A stretch of 61,387 nt of DNA from Chiloscyllium plagiosum (taxonomy: Eukaryota): the NCBI RefSeq assembly GCF_004010195.1, contig NC_057717.1, positions 106,531,962 through 106,593,348 of the forward strand. Reading direction: 5' to 3'. This document shows, one piece after another, positions 12,830-24,675 of this stretch. The notes beneath the pieces were generated by a model. It was not told where the DNA came from and made no database searches. It saw nothing but the letters and a program-made list of their open reading frames with translations. Positions within the stretch are counted from its first letter, which is position 1; every line of letters begins with the position of its first letter. The position numbers and the translations under genes were made by a program.

Positions 12830-14065
12830 TGATAGTAACATCTTGAATGTCACGGGGAAGTGGTTAGTGGTTAGGAAATGGTCATTGCCTGGCATTTGTA
12901 TGGCATGAATGTTACTTGCCGTTTGTCAGTCTAAGCCTGGATATTGTCCAGATTTTGTTGCATTTGAGCATGAACTGCTTCATTACCTGAGGAGTCGGAA
13001 GTGGTGCTGAACATTGTGCAATCATCAGTGACCATTCCCACTTCTGACCTTATGATGAAGGGAAGATCATTGATGAAGCAGCTGAAGATGGTTGGGCCGA
13101 GGACACCACCCTGAGGAACTCCTGCAGAGATATCCTGGAGCTGAGATAACTGAACTCCAACAACCACAACCATCTTCCTATGTCGAAAAGTGTGGTGCTG
13201 GAAAAGCACAGCAGGTCAGGCAGTATCCGACGAGCAGGAGAATCGACGTTTCAGGTATGAGCCCTTCATCTGGAATATGTGTTAGGTATGACTCTAACCA
13301 CTGGAGAATTTGCCCCCGATACTCATTGATTCCAGTTTTGCTCGGGCTCCTTGATGCCCCACTTGGTTGAATGCAGCCTTGATACCAAGGACTGTCACTC
13401 TCATCTCCCCTCTGGAATTCAGCTTTTTTGTCCATGTTTGAACCAAGGGTGTGATGAGGTCAGGAGCTGAATGGCCCTGGTGGAACCCGAACTGGGCATC
13501 ACTGAGCAGGTTATTGCTGAGCAGCTGCTGCTTGATAGCACAGTTGATGACACCCTCCATCACTTTACTGATGATCGAGAGTAGACTGATGGAGTGGTAA
13601 TTGGCTTGCGTTTAGTATACAGGATGTACCTGGAAATTCTTCCATGTTGTCACGTAGATGCCAATGTTGTAACTATACTGAAACATCTAGGCTATGGGAG
13701 AGGCAAGTTCTGGAGCACAAATCTTCAGTACTATTGCTGGAATGTTGTCAGGGCCCATTGCCTTTGCAGTATCCACTCCATCCAACTCTTTGATATCATG
13801 TGGAATAAATCGAATTGGCTGCAGACTGGTATCTGTGATGCTGGAAATCATTGGATGAGGCTGAGATGGATCATCCACATAGTACTTCTGGCTAAAGATT
13901 CCTGGAAATGCTTCTGCCTTGTCGCTTGAACTGATGTGCTGGACTCTTCCATCATTGAGGATGGGGATATTTGCAGAGCCTCCTTCCCCAGTGAATTGTT
14001 TAACTGTCCTCCACCATTCACAACTAGATGTGGCAGGACTGCACAGCTTAGATTTGATGCATTGC
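12830..14065 (-). mobile_element. CR1-superclade LINE family B, RT domain
   Basis: KAMGPDNIPAIVLKICAPELA; LLSDAQFGF; IKAAFNQV; GVPQGGVLGPTIFSCFINDLP...TDDCT. Confidence 0.9.
13181..13276 (-). mobile_element. Penelope family A terminal fragment inside LINE B
   Basis: gtggtgctggaaaagcacagcaggtcaggcag...cgacgtttc...cccttcatc; hammerhead core mutated. Confidence 0.8.
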
Positions 14066-14629
14066 TCAAATATGTGAGCGACGCCCCTTCCAGAGCAGTC
14101 TGAGTTCGATTAGGACAAAGGTGGAACACAAAGGTTGTTTCATGAGTTTTCATGATAGACAGTGGCAACAGCATTTATTTGGGTGGACATAGTGTTATTC
14201 AAACTGAACCCAACTTCATGAGTCGCTAACTTCATGAGTGTAACTGAGTTTCAGAGTCAGACTCTGCATGGAATGAAGTGGCCAAACCATTGTGTGGTTT
14301 TTGTAACTGATTCTCCACAAGGTTTCCACATACGTTGTGAAGGATTCCTTCACTTTTGTAAAGATTACTGTATACAAGATTTACATATTGAAAGCAATCA
14401 CACGTCCATGTGCTGCTCTGAAATTGTAGCTTCATCCCACTGAAAGGATCCATTGCCATTTGCACTATGCCTCAGTATAGTGGCAATTTAAATGTGTCAT
14501 CTGTACCTCAAACTGTTCTCAAGAAATGGTGTTCTGGCATTGGACATCCATATCTCAAATAATTTAGACTGGATGACAAATTATACTGTAAATCAACTGA
14601 AAATAATAAGTTAGAAGAAGTAGTTAGAA

Positions 14630-14952
14630 GGGCAGCACGGTGGCTCAATGGTTAGCACTGCTGCCTCACAGCACCAAGGTTCCAGGTTCGATTCCAGCCT
14701 TGGGTGACTGTCTGTGTGGAGTTTGCACATTCTCCCCATGTCTGTGTGGGTTTCCTCCGGGTGCTCCGGTTTCCTCCCACAGTCCAAAGATGTGCAGGTC
14801 AGATGAACTGTCCATGCTAAATTGCCCGTAGTGTTAGGTGCATTAGTCAGAGGGAAATGGGTCTGGGTGGGTTACTCTTCTGCGGGTCGGTGTGGACTGG
14901 TTGGGCCGAAGGGCCTGTTTCCACACTGTAAGGAATCTAATCTAATCTAATC
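14630..14952 (+). mobile_element. HE1-like V-SINE, full length
   Basis: A box tggctcaatgg, B box ggttcgattcc, V-domain, gggccgaagggcctgtttcc and (tctaa)n tail. Confidence 0.93.
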
Positions 14953-16061
14953 ACTGCAATGTATTTGAGCATGCTAAAAGCACATGTCTTAATCGACAGC
15001 ACTGTTTGATGTAGGAGTAAAAGAATTTGTACACACATTGCACAGTTTTCAGGGTAAGACCCTCTCCAATCAGAATCATCCTGCCTGCTCTGATAACTGT
15101 GTTAGGCAGGTGTCAGTTCACACCAATGATGGCCTCATCAGTCAAAACTCTCGTCATGTTGTGTCAAACAGAATCTCTTATCTCGTCTGCTTTGTGCCTG
15201 ATGTTACAAGACATACAGCTTTGACTGCTTGTTTTCTTTGAACAAATGTTGAAGCTCTGTACTACAAAGCAATTACTGAAAATGAAACAGCTTCAAGGAG
15301 AGACACACTGGGAGAAAAATGACAAAAATAAAGAAGTTCACAAATTCCACATTGGTCCTTGTGTTTCCCTTTAACTAGTTCACAGGAGTGAAAGTAGGCC
15401 TGAAAATGGGTCATTCTGAGGAAGTTCAAAATCCCCAGCTACCATGCTGCAGATCTACTGAAATTAATTAAAGTTCACAAGTCTATCTTTAACAAAGAGA
15501 GAAGTTGGAGGGTCTGGGTATTTCCACTGCTTGACTTGTTTGTGGCTGAGTGAGTGGTTATGCTAACATGGTATGTGCTGGATATAAGTTTGTTACTCAA
15601 GGAAAGTGTCAGTCTGCTGGGAAGAAAGTAATAACTCATGAATGAAAACCCCGGTCTTCTATAATTACCAATCAACTTTACAAGATGTGTCCAATCAATA
15701 TAAACAACATCTCTTTATTCCCACAATTACGTTTGACAAGGCAGGATCAAATCACTCATTCCACTCTCAGATAGGACATTTCACTGTAATAGGCACTGAG
15801 GACACATTACAAGTTTGCCAATCCCCAGGCTCCAATTAAAATCATTCAATCTTTAAGGAAATGCAGTTTGATTGAAATTAGAACATGACTAACATCTAAG
15901 TGGAGAGTAATGTTTTTATTCAGGAACAGCTGGAATTTCCACAAATGGGAACATCTTCAACATGACAAATATCCGTTTAGTCTCTTTTGCAGCTGGCTTA
16001 AATGAATGTTTTATAGACAGAATACAATTTGACTGTAACGAGTCATCTTCCTGCAGTCTTG

Positions 16062-16445
16062 AACCAGTATAAAGCAGGATCTCTCTGAGACAGGAGCCAG
16101 TATAAAGCAGGATCTCCCAGACAGGAACCAGTGTAAAGCAGGATCTCTCCGAGACAGGAGCCAGTGTAAAGCAGGATCTCTCCGAGACAGGAGCCAGTAT
16201 AAAGCAGGCTCTCCCAGACAGGAGCCAGTATAAAGCAGGATCTCTCTGAACAGGAGCCAGTGTAAAGCAGGCTCTCCCTGAGACAGGAGCCAGTGTAAAG
16301 CAGGCTCTCCCTGAGACAGGAGCCAGTGTAAAGCAGGCTCTCTCTGAGACAGGAGCCAGCGTACAGCAGGCTCTCCCAGACAGGAGCCAGTATAAAGCAG
16401 GCTCTCCCAGTACAAAGCAGGCTCTCCCAGGCAGGATAAAGCAAG
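16062..16445. repeat. ~33-bp minisatellite (cagtgtaaagcaggctctccctgagacaggagc)n
   Basis: Direct tandem units of ~30-33 bp. Confidence 0.93.
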
Positions 16446-16459
16446 TTATCTCAGGCAGG

Positions 16460-16541
16460 TCTTATGCCCGAAACGTTGACTCTCCTGCTCCTCAGATGCT
16501 GTCTGAGCTGCTGTGTTTTTCCAGCCCCACACTTTTTGACT
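16460..16541 (+). mobile_element. Penelope family A terminal fragment
   Basis: cttatgcccgaaacgttgactctcctgctcctcagatgctg. Confidence 0.75.
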
Positions 16542-16894
16542 GTCTCTGAGGCAGGTGCTAGTTTTAACTTCACAACCATCCCATCCCTCTAAAAGATATG
16601 TTACTGGACTTGCAGACTAATGACTGGAGTTTTAATATAGTGCCATCATTGTAGCTTTGGGAATTTAAAAGCAGTCAGTTAAATAAGTCTGGATTTGATC
16701 CACAAGTTAGTATCAGTTAAAGCTGATTATTTTGCGAACTCTTTTGGCGGGAAATCCTCTGTCCTGACCTCATCTGTCAATGCCCTGATTTTAAAACAAG
16801 TCCTCCCGCTGATCCAAGATCGTGGCAACCTGATAGGTCTGTTGTACTGGGCTCTGCACATAATCCAAGTGAAGTGCTTTCACCTTCCCCTCAC

Positions 16895-17017
16895 TGAATT
16901 GAATTGAATTGAATTGAATTTATTGTCACGTGTACTGAGGCACAGTGAAAAGCTTTGTCTTGCGAGCAATACAGATAGATCACAGAGTTAAGTAGCATAG
17001 ATAGTAAATAATCGGTA
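16895..17017 (-). mobile_element. Rex1/Babar 3' end inserted in the L1 5'UTR
   Basis: Reverse complement matches ~4300-4408, with an (aattc)n tail. Confidence 0.85.
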
Positions 17018-17152
17018 TTACGATTGTAGGAAATAGGAAACTTAGATCTGCACACAGATCACTAGCTATTTATAAGGAAAATCAGGAAAATAAAGTAAAA
17101 TAAAGCCCCAAGACCTTTAAAATTAGTATTTAAACAGTTTGGGAAAAGGAAG

Positions 17153-17946
17153 ATGACTATGGGAAAGGGATTGTGAGGATTGTAGCACTCCCTTACAGTA
17201 TGGGACACACCTCTGGCCGCAGTGCTGATCCCACAGCGGTGCCTTTGAACTCACTGGAACACCAATATTTAGTCTCGGAGTTTGTAAAGCTCAGAGAGAA
17301 AATTGAGTCAGCGCTGGTACAAATCTCTGCCATGTTACAAAAGCATAAGCAGGAGATCCAAAAGCTTGACCAATGAGTGGAACCACAGCGTTGGAGGTCG
17401 CAGTGGAAAACTCAGAAGGGTTGGAAGGCTAGGTGGGCCTTGCTAGACCAGGTTGACGACCTCGAGAATCAAGGTTGAAGAAAAATCTTACATATAATCG
17501 GGCTCCGGGAACACGAAGGAGGTGGAATCTGGTCAGCTTCCTGAAGCAATGGCTCCTGCAGTTCCTGGAGCTGGAAGTCGAGTTGGGCTGGGTGCGTGTG
17601 GTGCAAGGCCACCGGATCGCAATATGCAGGTCCAGGTCGGATCAGCGCCCCCGCCCGATCCTAGTGTGACTCCAGTGCTACAAGGAGAAGCAAATAATTA
17701 TGGAAGCCTCCAAAACAATGGGGAAAGACTCACTGGTCCTGGTATACAAGGGGTCAAAAACGTTCTTTCAAGATTTTTCTGGGGCTGTAATTAGAAAAAC
17801 AAATCCTTTGATGAAGTCAGGAAAAGATTGAGAGGCCTGAACGTTCAGTACTCTGAGAGGTACCTGGCAGTAATGTGCTTCAGCCATGGAGGGTCTCTTT
17901 ACAATTTTAACTCATAAGAGAAAGGAAGGGATTTCCCAGACTCTAA
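17153..17946 (+). pseudogene. L1 ORF1p remnant (coiled coil + RRM/CTD)
   Basis: Heptad-like LREKIESALVQISAMLQKHKQEIQKLDQ; DDLENQG*RKNLHIIG; HRI...RPRPILV; stops and frameshifts. Confidence 0.75.
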
Positions 17947-18450
17947 AGATGATGGACTGGGTCAAAAAAAAGTCATGGACATTAGTGTATCCTTTTGCTC
18001 TCTCCATTTTCTATTTTATATGCCTGGCAATGTTCTGATAATGTATGGGATTGGGGATGGGGTTTTTTTTCTCTTCCTTTCCCTTTCTTGTAATTTTTTA
18101 TTCATTCTGTTTATTGTCTTTGTTCTCTCCGGGTGTGGAGTGGTCATTTTTTATTAAAGACAAAGCAGTTTGACGTATGGAGGGGACAGGTTGGATGCCA
18201 ACTTTTAATTTCCATTTGTGTAAATTATAGGTTTCCTTTGTTTCTGTGTGACCTGGGTTTTGGGGCGTGGCTCTAACCGGAAGGAGCCATGATGGTATTA
18301 GGGAGGAGGATGAGTGCCCCCTATGGGCAAGGGGGGAAATCTCCAGCTATTTGTTTTCTGCCTAATTTAACAGTAATAATTAGATTCTTTGTTTTGGTAG
18401 TGCCTGTAGCGGTAATTTTTAGATTTTATAAATCCTGTTTTGTCTCCACT

Positions 18451-19156
18451 CATAGAGTCATAGAGATGTACAGCGTGGAAACAGACCCTTCGGTCCAACC
18501 TGTCCATGCTGACCAGATATCCCAACCCAATCTAGTCCCACCTGCCAGCACCCGACCCATATCCCTCCAAACCCTTCCTATTCATATACCCATCCAAATG
18601 TCTCTTAAATGTTGCAATTGTACCAGCCTCCATCACTTCCTCTGGCAGCTCATTCCATACATGTACCACCCTCTGCATGAAAAAGTTCCCTCGTAGGTCT
18701 CTTTTATATCTTTCCTCTCTCACCCTAAACCTATGCCCTCGAGTTCTGGACTCCCCAACCCCAGGGAAAAGATTTTGTCTATTTACCCTATCCATGCCCC
18801 TCATAAATTTGTAAACCTCTCTAAGGTCACCCCACAGCCTTTGACGTTCCAGGGAAAACAGCCCCAGCCTGTTCAGCCTCTCCCTATAGCTCAATTCCTC
18901 CAACCCTGGCAACATCCTTGTAAATCTTTTCTGAACCCTTTCAAGTTTCACAACATCTTTCCGATAGGAAGGAGACCAGAATTGCACGCAATATTCCAAC
19001 AGTGGCCTAACCAATGCCCTGTACAGCCGCAACATGAGCTTCCTGTACTCAATACTCTGACCAATAAAGGAAAGCATACCAAACACTTTCTCACTATCCT
19101 ATCTACCTGCAACTCCACTTTCAAGGAGCTATGAACATGCACTCCAAGGTCTCTTT
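18451..19156 (-). mobile_element. CR1 (HER1-like) 3' end inserted in the L1 inter-ORF spacer
   Basis: ORF 18532..19086 LYRALVRPLLEYCVQFWSP...RVVHVWNELP; (ctctatga) tail at 18451. Confidence 0.95.
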
Positions 19157-19252
19157 CTCGGGGAGGCTGCAGGTTATGGCTAGTTGTTCGTTTAGATGGT
19201 GCACCTGGAACATAAAGGGAAGTCACTCACCAGACTAAAGGAAGAAGGTGCT

Positions 19253-19439
19253 GGAAAAGCACAGCAGGTCAGGCAGCATTCGAGGAGCAGGAAAATCGAC
19301 GTTTCGGGCAAAAGCCATTCCTGATTAAGGGCTTTTGCCCGAAACGTCAATTGTCCTGCTCCCTGGATGCTGCCTGACCTGCTGTGCTTTTCTAGCACTA
19401 CTCTAATCTAAACTCTGGTTTCCAACATCTGCAATATGC
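19253..19439. mobile_element. Palindromic Penelope family A insertion in L1 ORF2
   Basis: Inverted arms around ~19312-19327; TSD ctaaag(g/a)aagaaggtgct at 19235-19252 and 19440-19457. Confidence 0.9.
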
Positions 19440-19883
19440 CTAAAGAAAGAAGGTGCTCTCAAATCTCAGAAAGGAGAGGGTTGATATCACTTTGCTACAA
19501 TAAACACACTTGAATGATAAGGAACATTTAAAATTACAGCAGCGAGTGTTTGGCAGGGTACTTTATTCATCTTTCAATTCTAAAAGCAGAAAAATGGCTA
19601 TATTAATACAGAAGAACCTCCCACTCCAGGTAATAGAACAAATTAAGGATGAACATGAGTGGTTTGTTATCCTCAAAGCCTTAACACATGGGGAGGAGTA
19701 TGGCATCTTGAATGTCTACTGCCTTCCGGCACATCCCCTTAAATTCTTAGTTGATACATTCTCTAAATTGATGGCTTTTTAGGTGCACTGTATGATTATA
19801 GGGAGAGTTTTCAACCGTCTTATGGATCTGGAGGTGGTCAGGATGCCAAGGGGTCTCTTGGGTATCTCCCCATAATCCAAGCA

Positions 19884-20053
19884 GTTGGTGGACTTACGTG
19901 GGGAGTTGGAGTTGGTGGACTTACGTGGGGAGTTGGGGTTGGTGGACTTACGTGGGGAGTTGGAGTTGGTGGACTTACGTGGGGAGTTGGAGTTGGTGGA
20001 CTTACGTGGGGAGTTGGGGTTGGTGGACTTACGTGGGGAGTTGGGGTTGGTGG
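19884..20053 (+). repeat. 27-bp in-frame tandem repeat (6 copies) in the L1 endonuclease region
   Basis: (gttggtggacttacgtggggagttgg[a/g])n encodes LVDLRGEL[E/G]. Confidence 0.95.
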
Positions 20054-22200
20054 ATGTGTGGAGATGAGTCCACCCTAATGGTCGGGATTTTACTTTTTAC
20101 TCCAACTCGCACAAGTGCCACACAACGATCGATATGTTCTTTGTTCCACTGACCTGTCTGGACTTGGTACTACTCTGCAGGATTGGGAATATAGCCATTT
20201 CAGACCATGTGGCAATGTACTTGGATGTTAATATACGTGGCACTGGCGTATGGATCCATTTCTTTTGAAAGATAGTAAGTTTATTGAGTACTTTACAAGG
20301 AATCTAGGACTTTCTGGGACATTAACACAGGGACAGCCAGTAACCCATCTAAGCTCTGGGAATGACCAAGGCTTATTTAAGGGGCTTAATTATTTCATAC
20401 TCAGCAACCAGGAAGAGGCAGAGAGGAGAGCAGCAGCGTATACTGAAGGGCTGGCTGAAGGCAGCCAAATCAGCATACTATGATAGACCATCTATGGCTA
20501 AGTTACAGCGGCCATGGCACTCCGGCCTGCTCTGAATTCAGTACTCACCCAAGCAGTGAAGAGAGATTTATTGAATATGATGATAAGCCAGGTAGATACT
20601 TGGCCAACCTGACCAGGAAGAAGTGTCCCACAATCCATTATGTCCATTAGGGAGCGAACTGGTATTCTCACCCACGAGTCTAAAGTGATTAATGCAATAT
20701 TTCGGAAATTTTATGCAGAGTTAGATCGGTCAGAGGGTTGTGAGGATGAAATCCTTTTTTGAGAACTTGGACCTCCCAGGTATAACTGTAAAGCAAGCCT
20801 CCTTTTTGAATGCGCCTTTAACTAAACAACAGATACAAGGTGCAGTAAGGCAGCTCCAAAGTGGCAAAACACCGGACGGATTTCTGAGCAAGTTCTGTAA
20901 GAAGTTCATAAATATGTTGGCTGAGCCAATATTGGGTTATATACAACCATTCACACAGCCCGGACTGCCTTCCGCCTTCTCTTAGGGAAGCCAATATCTC
21001 TCTTATTCAAAAGAGAGGGAAAGAATCTGAGGATGGTGCCTCATATAGACCTATCTCATTGTTCAAGGTAGACTTTAAAATCCTGTCTAAAATGTTAGCG
21101 TTGAGGCTGGAGAAGGTAGTGCCCTCTGTCATAAAGGAGGACCAGACAGACTTTACTAAGGGTCGTAGTTCTAACAATATCAGGAGAGTGTTGAATATGG
21201 TACAGGTATATCAGCAGAGGTCAGTCCCAGGCTTGGTACTCTCCTTAGACGCACAAAAGGCATTTGACTGGGTGAAGTCTTGGACTTTTTGAAGTCCTGA
21301 AACATTTTGGCCTTGGGGGAGGGGGGGGGGTCCTTCACCAGGTGGGTAGCAGTGTTGTATAGTGACCCTATGGCAGCAGTCCTTACGAATGGTATAAAAT
21401 CAGGTAACTGTAGCATTGGGAGAGATAGCCAACAAGGGTGTCCTCTCTCTCACTGCTGCTGCTATTCACTTTAGTAATCAAACCCCAGGCAGAGGCTATT
21501 CGGAAGGACTCTAAAATAGTTGCTCCAGAGGTAGGAATGGGAGAACACAAAATCATACTCTACGCTGATGGTGACCTTCTCTTTCTGGCTGACCCGGAAA
21601 AGTCTGTGCCCTGGCTGATACAAAAGATTAATTTATTTGGCACTTTCTTAGGGTATAAAATTAATTTTACAAAATCGGAAGCCATGCCAATGGGGGGCCT
21701 GGTAGGAAAACCTGACCTGGAAGATGGAATGTGATTTCCTTTTCGCTGGTCACAAAAAGGTTTTCTGTGTTTGGGTATTTTCATTACCTCATGCTTTTCA
21801 TCAGTTGTACAGAGACAATTTTGTGCAGTTATTTGAGAAGATAAAACAAGATTTTCAGCGCTGGGAGGGGTTACCAATATCATGGTTAGGTCGGATAGCT
21901 CTGATGAAAATGAATGTTCTTCCCTGCCTACTATCCCCCATGAGAATGCTCCCGTTGTTGATGCCCAGACGAGAGCTGTGGAGGCTTAATGGCTGGCTTA
22001 GATCTTTTATTTGGTGCCGTAGGCATCCTCTCATTCAATTTGCCAAGTTGCAACTCCTACAGGGAATGGGAAGGGGTAGATCTCCCAGACTTTAAACAAT
22101 ACTAAATAAACTCCTATTGTCTATGTGAGTGATTGGGTGTGGAAGGATTCGAGGTCAATATGCCTTGACATTGAGGCCTCCCAGGCAAAATGTTCCCCTT

Positions 22201-22330
22201 AGCGAGTTTTGAGAAGATTTGTAGCTCAGGTTGAGGTTCTAGATGTAGATTTGCTCGCTGAGCTGGAAGATTCGTTTTCAGACATTTCGTCACCAGACTA
22301 GGTAACATCATCAGTGAGTCTCCGGATAGA
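22201..22330 (-). mobile_element. Penelope family C (Poseidon-like) terminal fragment in L1 ORF2
   Basis: 22245-22318 is homologous to 57094-57167, the end of the GIY-YIG-bearing copy. Confidence 0.8.
22278..22317 (-). ncRNA. Minimal type-I hammerhead ribozyme motif (family C)
   Basis: Reverse complement: tca-CTGATGA-t-GTTACC-tagtct-GGTGAC-GAAA-T-GTC-tga. Confidence 0.75.
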
Positions 22331-23871
22331 GTGTCCCCTCCTTAACTTGCTGTTTATGGCTAGTATGAAATCTGTTGTTGAGCATTGTAAAAGCCTTATT
22401 AGAAACACAGTCAAAGTGTGGAGAATGATGTGGCAGGACGCGGGTAATCTATATAAGACCTCACTGTTCACCCCCTTAGTCGGAACACCAGGATTTAGGC
22501 CAGATCAATGGATTCCAGCTTTAAAGCATGGGAGGTGAGAGGAGTCTCCTGCTTGGGAGACCTACTTGAGGGAGCGGTCTTAATGTCTTTTGACCAGCTG
22601 AGCCATAAATATGGGGCTACTCAGTAGGGACCTCTTTAGCTATTTCCAGATTAGGGATTACATACAGAAAAGGACCACACTCTTGGCTCAGCCCTATAAG
22701 TCCGATATGGAACGAAGGGTGCGTCGGTGTGCGGGCACTCTCTCGGTCAGTACCCTTTACCATCTACAAGGAAAGGGGTGCTTTGGAAAGTATGGAAAGA
22801 CTTTGTGGAGTTTGGAATCAGGAACTGAGCTCTCACTGGAAACATGGGAGGATATCTGGGAGATTGTGAAAATAAAGCACAGGCCACGCAACTAAAGATT
22901 CTCCACAGGGCCCATTTGGCCCCAGAGTGGTTAGCAAAATTTAAGAAAGGAGCATCTCCAGGGTGCCCTAAATGTGAAACAAGTACTGGCACATCCTTAC
23001 ACATTGTCTATGTCATGCCACAAGATCCATAGGTACTGGGGTGCCATAGTAAATGAGTTGTAGGGGATCCTGGCAATTGATGTCAAGGCAGATCCAGTAT
23101 CCCTTCTTCTGGGATTGCCGAATCTGCCTTTGCTAGATGAACACGGGAAGAGAGTATTCAACATTCTCATGTATTGTGTGAGGAAGAGCATTTTAATGAG
23201 TTGGATCTCAGAAAACTCTCTAGGTCTCACGGGATGGCGCAGATTAGTGATTGAGCATGTCCCTCCAGACTTTCTTACGAATGTGGTGCACCAGAAAACG
23301 GAACTGTTTTATAAGATGTGGCAGCCCTTTATAGATCACATAGACGCGGACTTGTCAGCAATACTGATTAGGGCTTTTGTACAGCCGTGATGGCTGGATT
23401 TAGTAGCCTGGGGGCCTTGAGGGGAGGAGGCCTGAATAAATACAGGTATAATAACTAATGTTACAGCTGACAGGAGCTTCGATAGAGGGGAGTTGAGTGG
23501 TGTAATTTAATTTCATTTCATTTCATTTAGTTGAATCTAACTTAGGTTAAGTTGGTTTGGTTTAATTTAAATTAATTTAATCTAATTTGTTAAATTTAAT
23601 TATTTATTGAATTGTAATGTAGAAAGACTGTTCAGTGTCTTTGAGTCAGTTTTGGCTTGTTTTGTACAGTAGTAGGTAGTTTATTATTCATGTTTTTATG
23701 TAAGATTGTTATATTATCTTTTGTACTTTTATAAATTTGTTGAAAAATCAATACCTTTTTCCAAAAAACCAAGTCCTCCCATGCACACTACTACAACACG
23801 GATGCTGTGTTTTTGTCGTGTTGGGAATGGTATGTTCTGTGAGTTGATATATCGTGATATATGTAAGTGCT

Positions 23872-24072
23872 GAAACAGAAACTGAAATTGCTGCAGCAAG
23901 TCAGCAGGTCTGGCAGCATCCGGGGAGAGAAGGCAGAGTCAATGTTTCTGAGGAAGGATGACTAGACCCAAAACATTAACTCTGCTTTCTTCCCACAGAT
24001 GCTGTCAGGCCTACTGCTTTTATTCAGCAATTTCTGTTTTTGGTTCAGATCTCCAGCATCCACAGTTGTTTT
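23872..24072. mobile_element. Older palindromic Penelope terminal-repeat insertion
   Basis: Imperfect inverted arms; degenerate core ctgaggaagg...cccaaaacatt; tail ctccagcatccacagttg. Confidence 0.65.
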
Positions 24073-24175
24073 ATTAAAATGCTGAGGAGTTTCCTGTGAA
24101 TCACGTGGGTTTGATTTGGCTAGAAAATCCCAATGCTGACGATGGCACTGTGCAGTTGTTACATAAACAAGGCCA

Positions 24176-24675
24176 NNNNNNNNNNNNNNNNNNNNNNNNN
24201 NNNNNNNNNNNNNNNNNNNNNNNNNNNNNNNNNNNNNNNNNNNNNNNNNNNNNNNNNNNNNNNNNNNNNNNNNNNNNNNNNNNNNNNNNNNNNNNNNNNN
24301 NNNNNNNNNNNNNNNNNNNNNNNNNNNNNNNNNNNNNNNNNNNNNNNNNNNNNNNNNNNNNNNNNNNNNNNNNNNNNNNNNNNNNNNNNNNNNNNNNNNN
24401 NNNNNNNNNNNNNNNNNNNNNNNNNNNNNNNNNNNNNNNNNNNNNNNNNNNNNNNNNNNNNNNNNNNNNNNNNNNNNNNNNNNNNNNNNNNNNNNNNNNN
24501 NNNNNNNNNNNNNNNNNNNNNNNNNNNNNNNNNNNNNNNNNNNNNNNNNNNNNNNNNNNNNNNNNNNNNNNNNNNNNNNNNNNNNNNNNNNNNNNNNNNN
24601 NNNNNNNNNNNNNNNNNNNNNNNNNNNNNNNNNNNNNNNNNNNNNNNNNNNNNNNNNNNNNNNNNNNNNNNNNNN
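24176..24675. other. Assembly gap, exactly 500 N
   Basis: Run of N with a round length, suggesting a scaffolding spacer. Confidence 0.99.

Larger units (their letters stand above)
19176..23390 (+). pseudogene. L1 ORF2p remnant (APE endonuclease - RT - CCHC)
   Basis: MASCSFRWCTWNIKG; ILNVY; LVDVWR; ISDH; YRPISL..VDFKILSK; SLDAQKAFD; QGCPLS; LYADG; CPKC...H zinc knuckle; many stops. Confidence 0.9.
16808..23768 (+). mobile_element. Full-length decayed L1-clade LINE (5'UTR, ORF1, long spacer, ORF2, 3'UTR) with nested insertions
   Basis: TSD caagtcctccc at 16797-16807 and 23770-23780, each preceded by an A-run; left site is tt/aaaa; ORF1 and ORF2 motifs occur in order. Confidence 0.9.

Noticed and set aside
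14630..14700. tRNA gene-like A/B boxes (also 38587, 51816, 11640-11713)
   Set aside because: They continue into a V-domain and LINE-derived tail, so they are SINE heads rather than tRNA genes.
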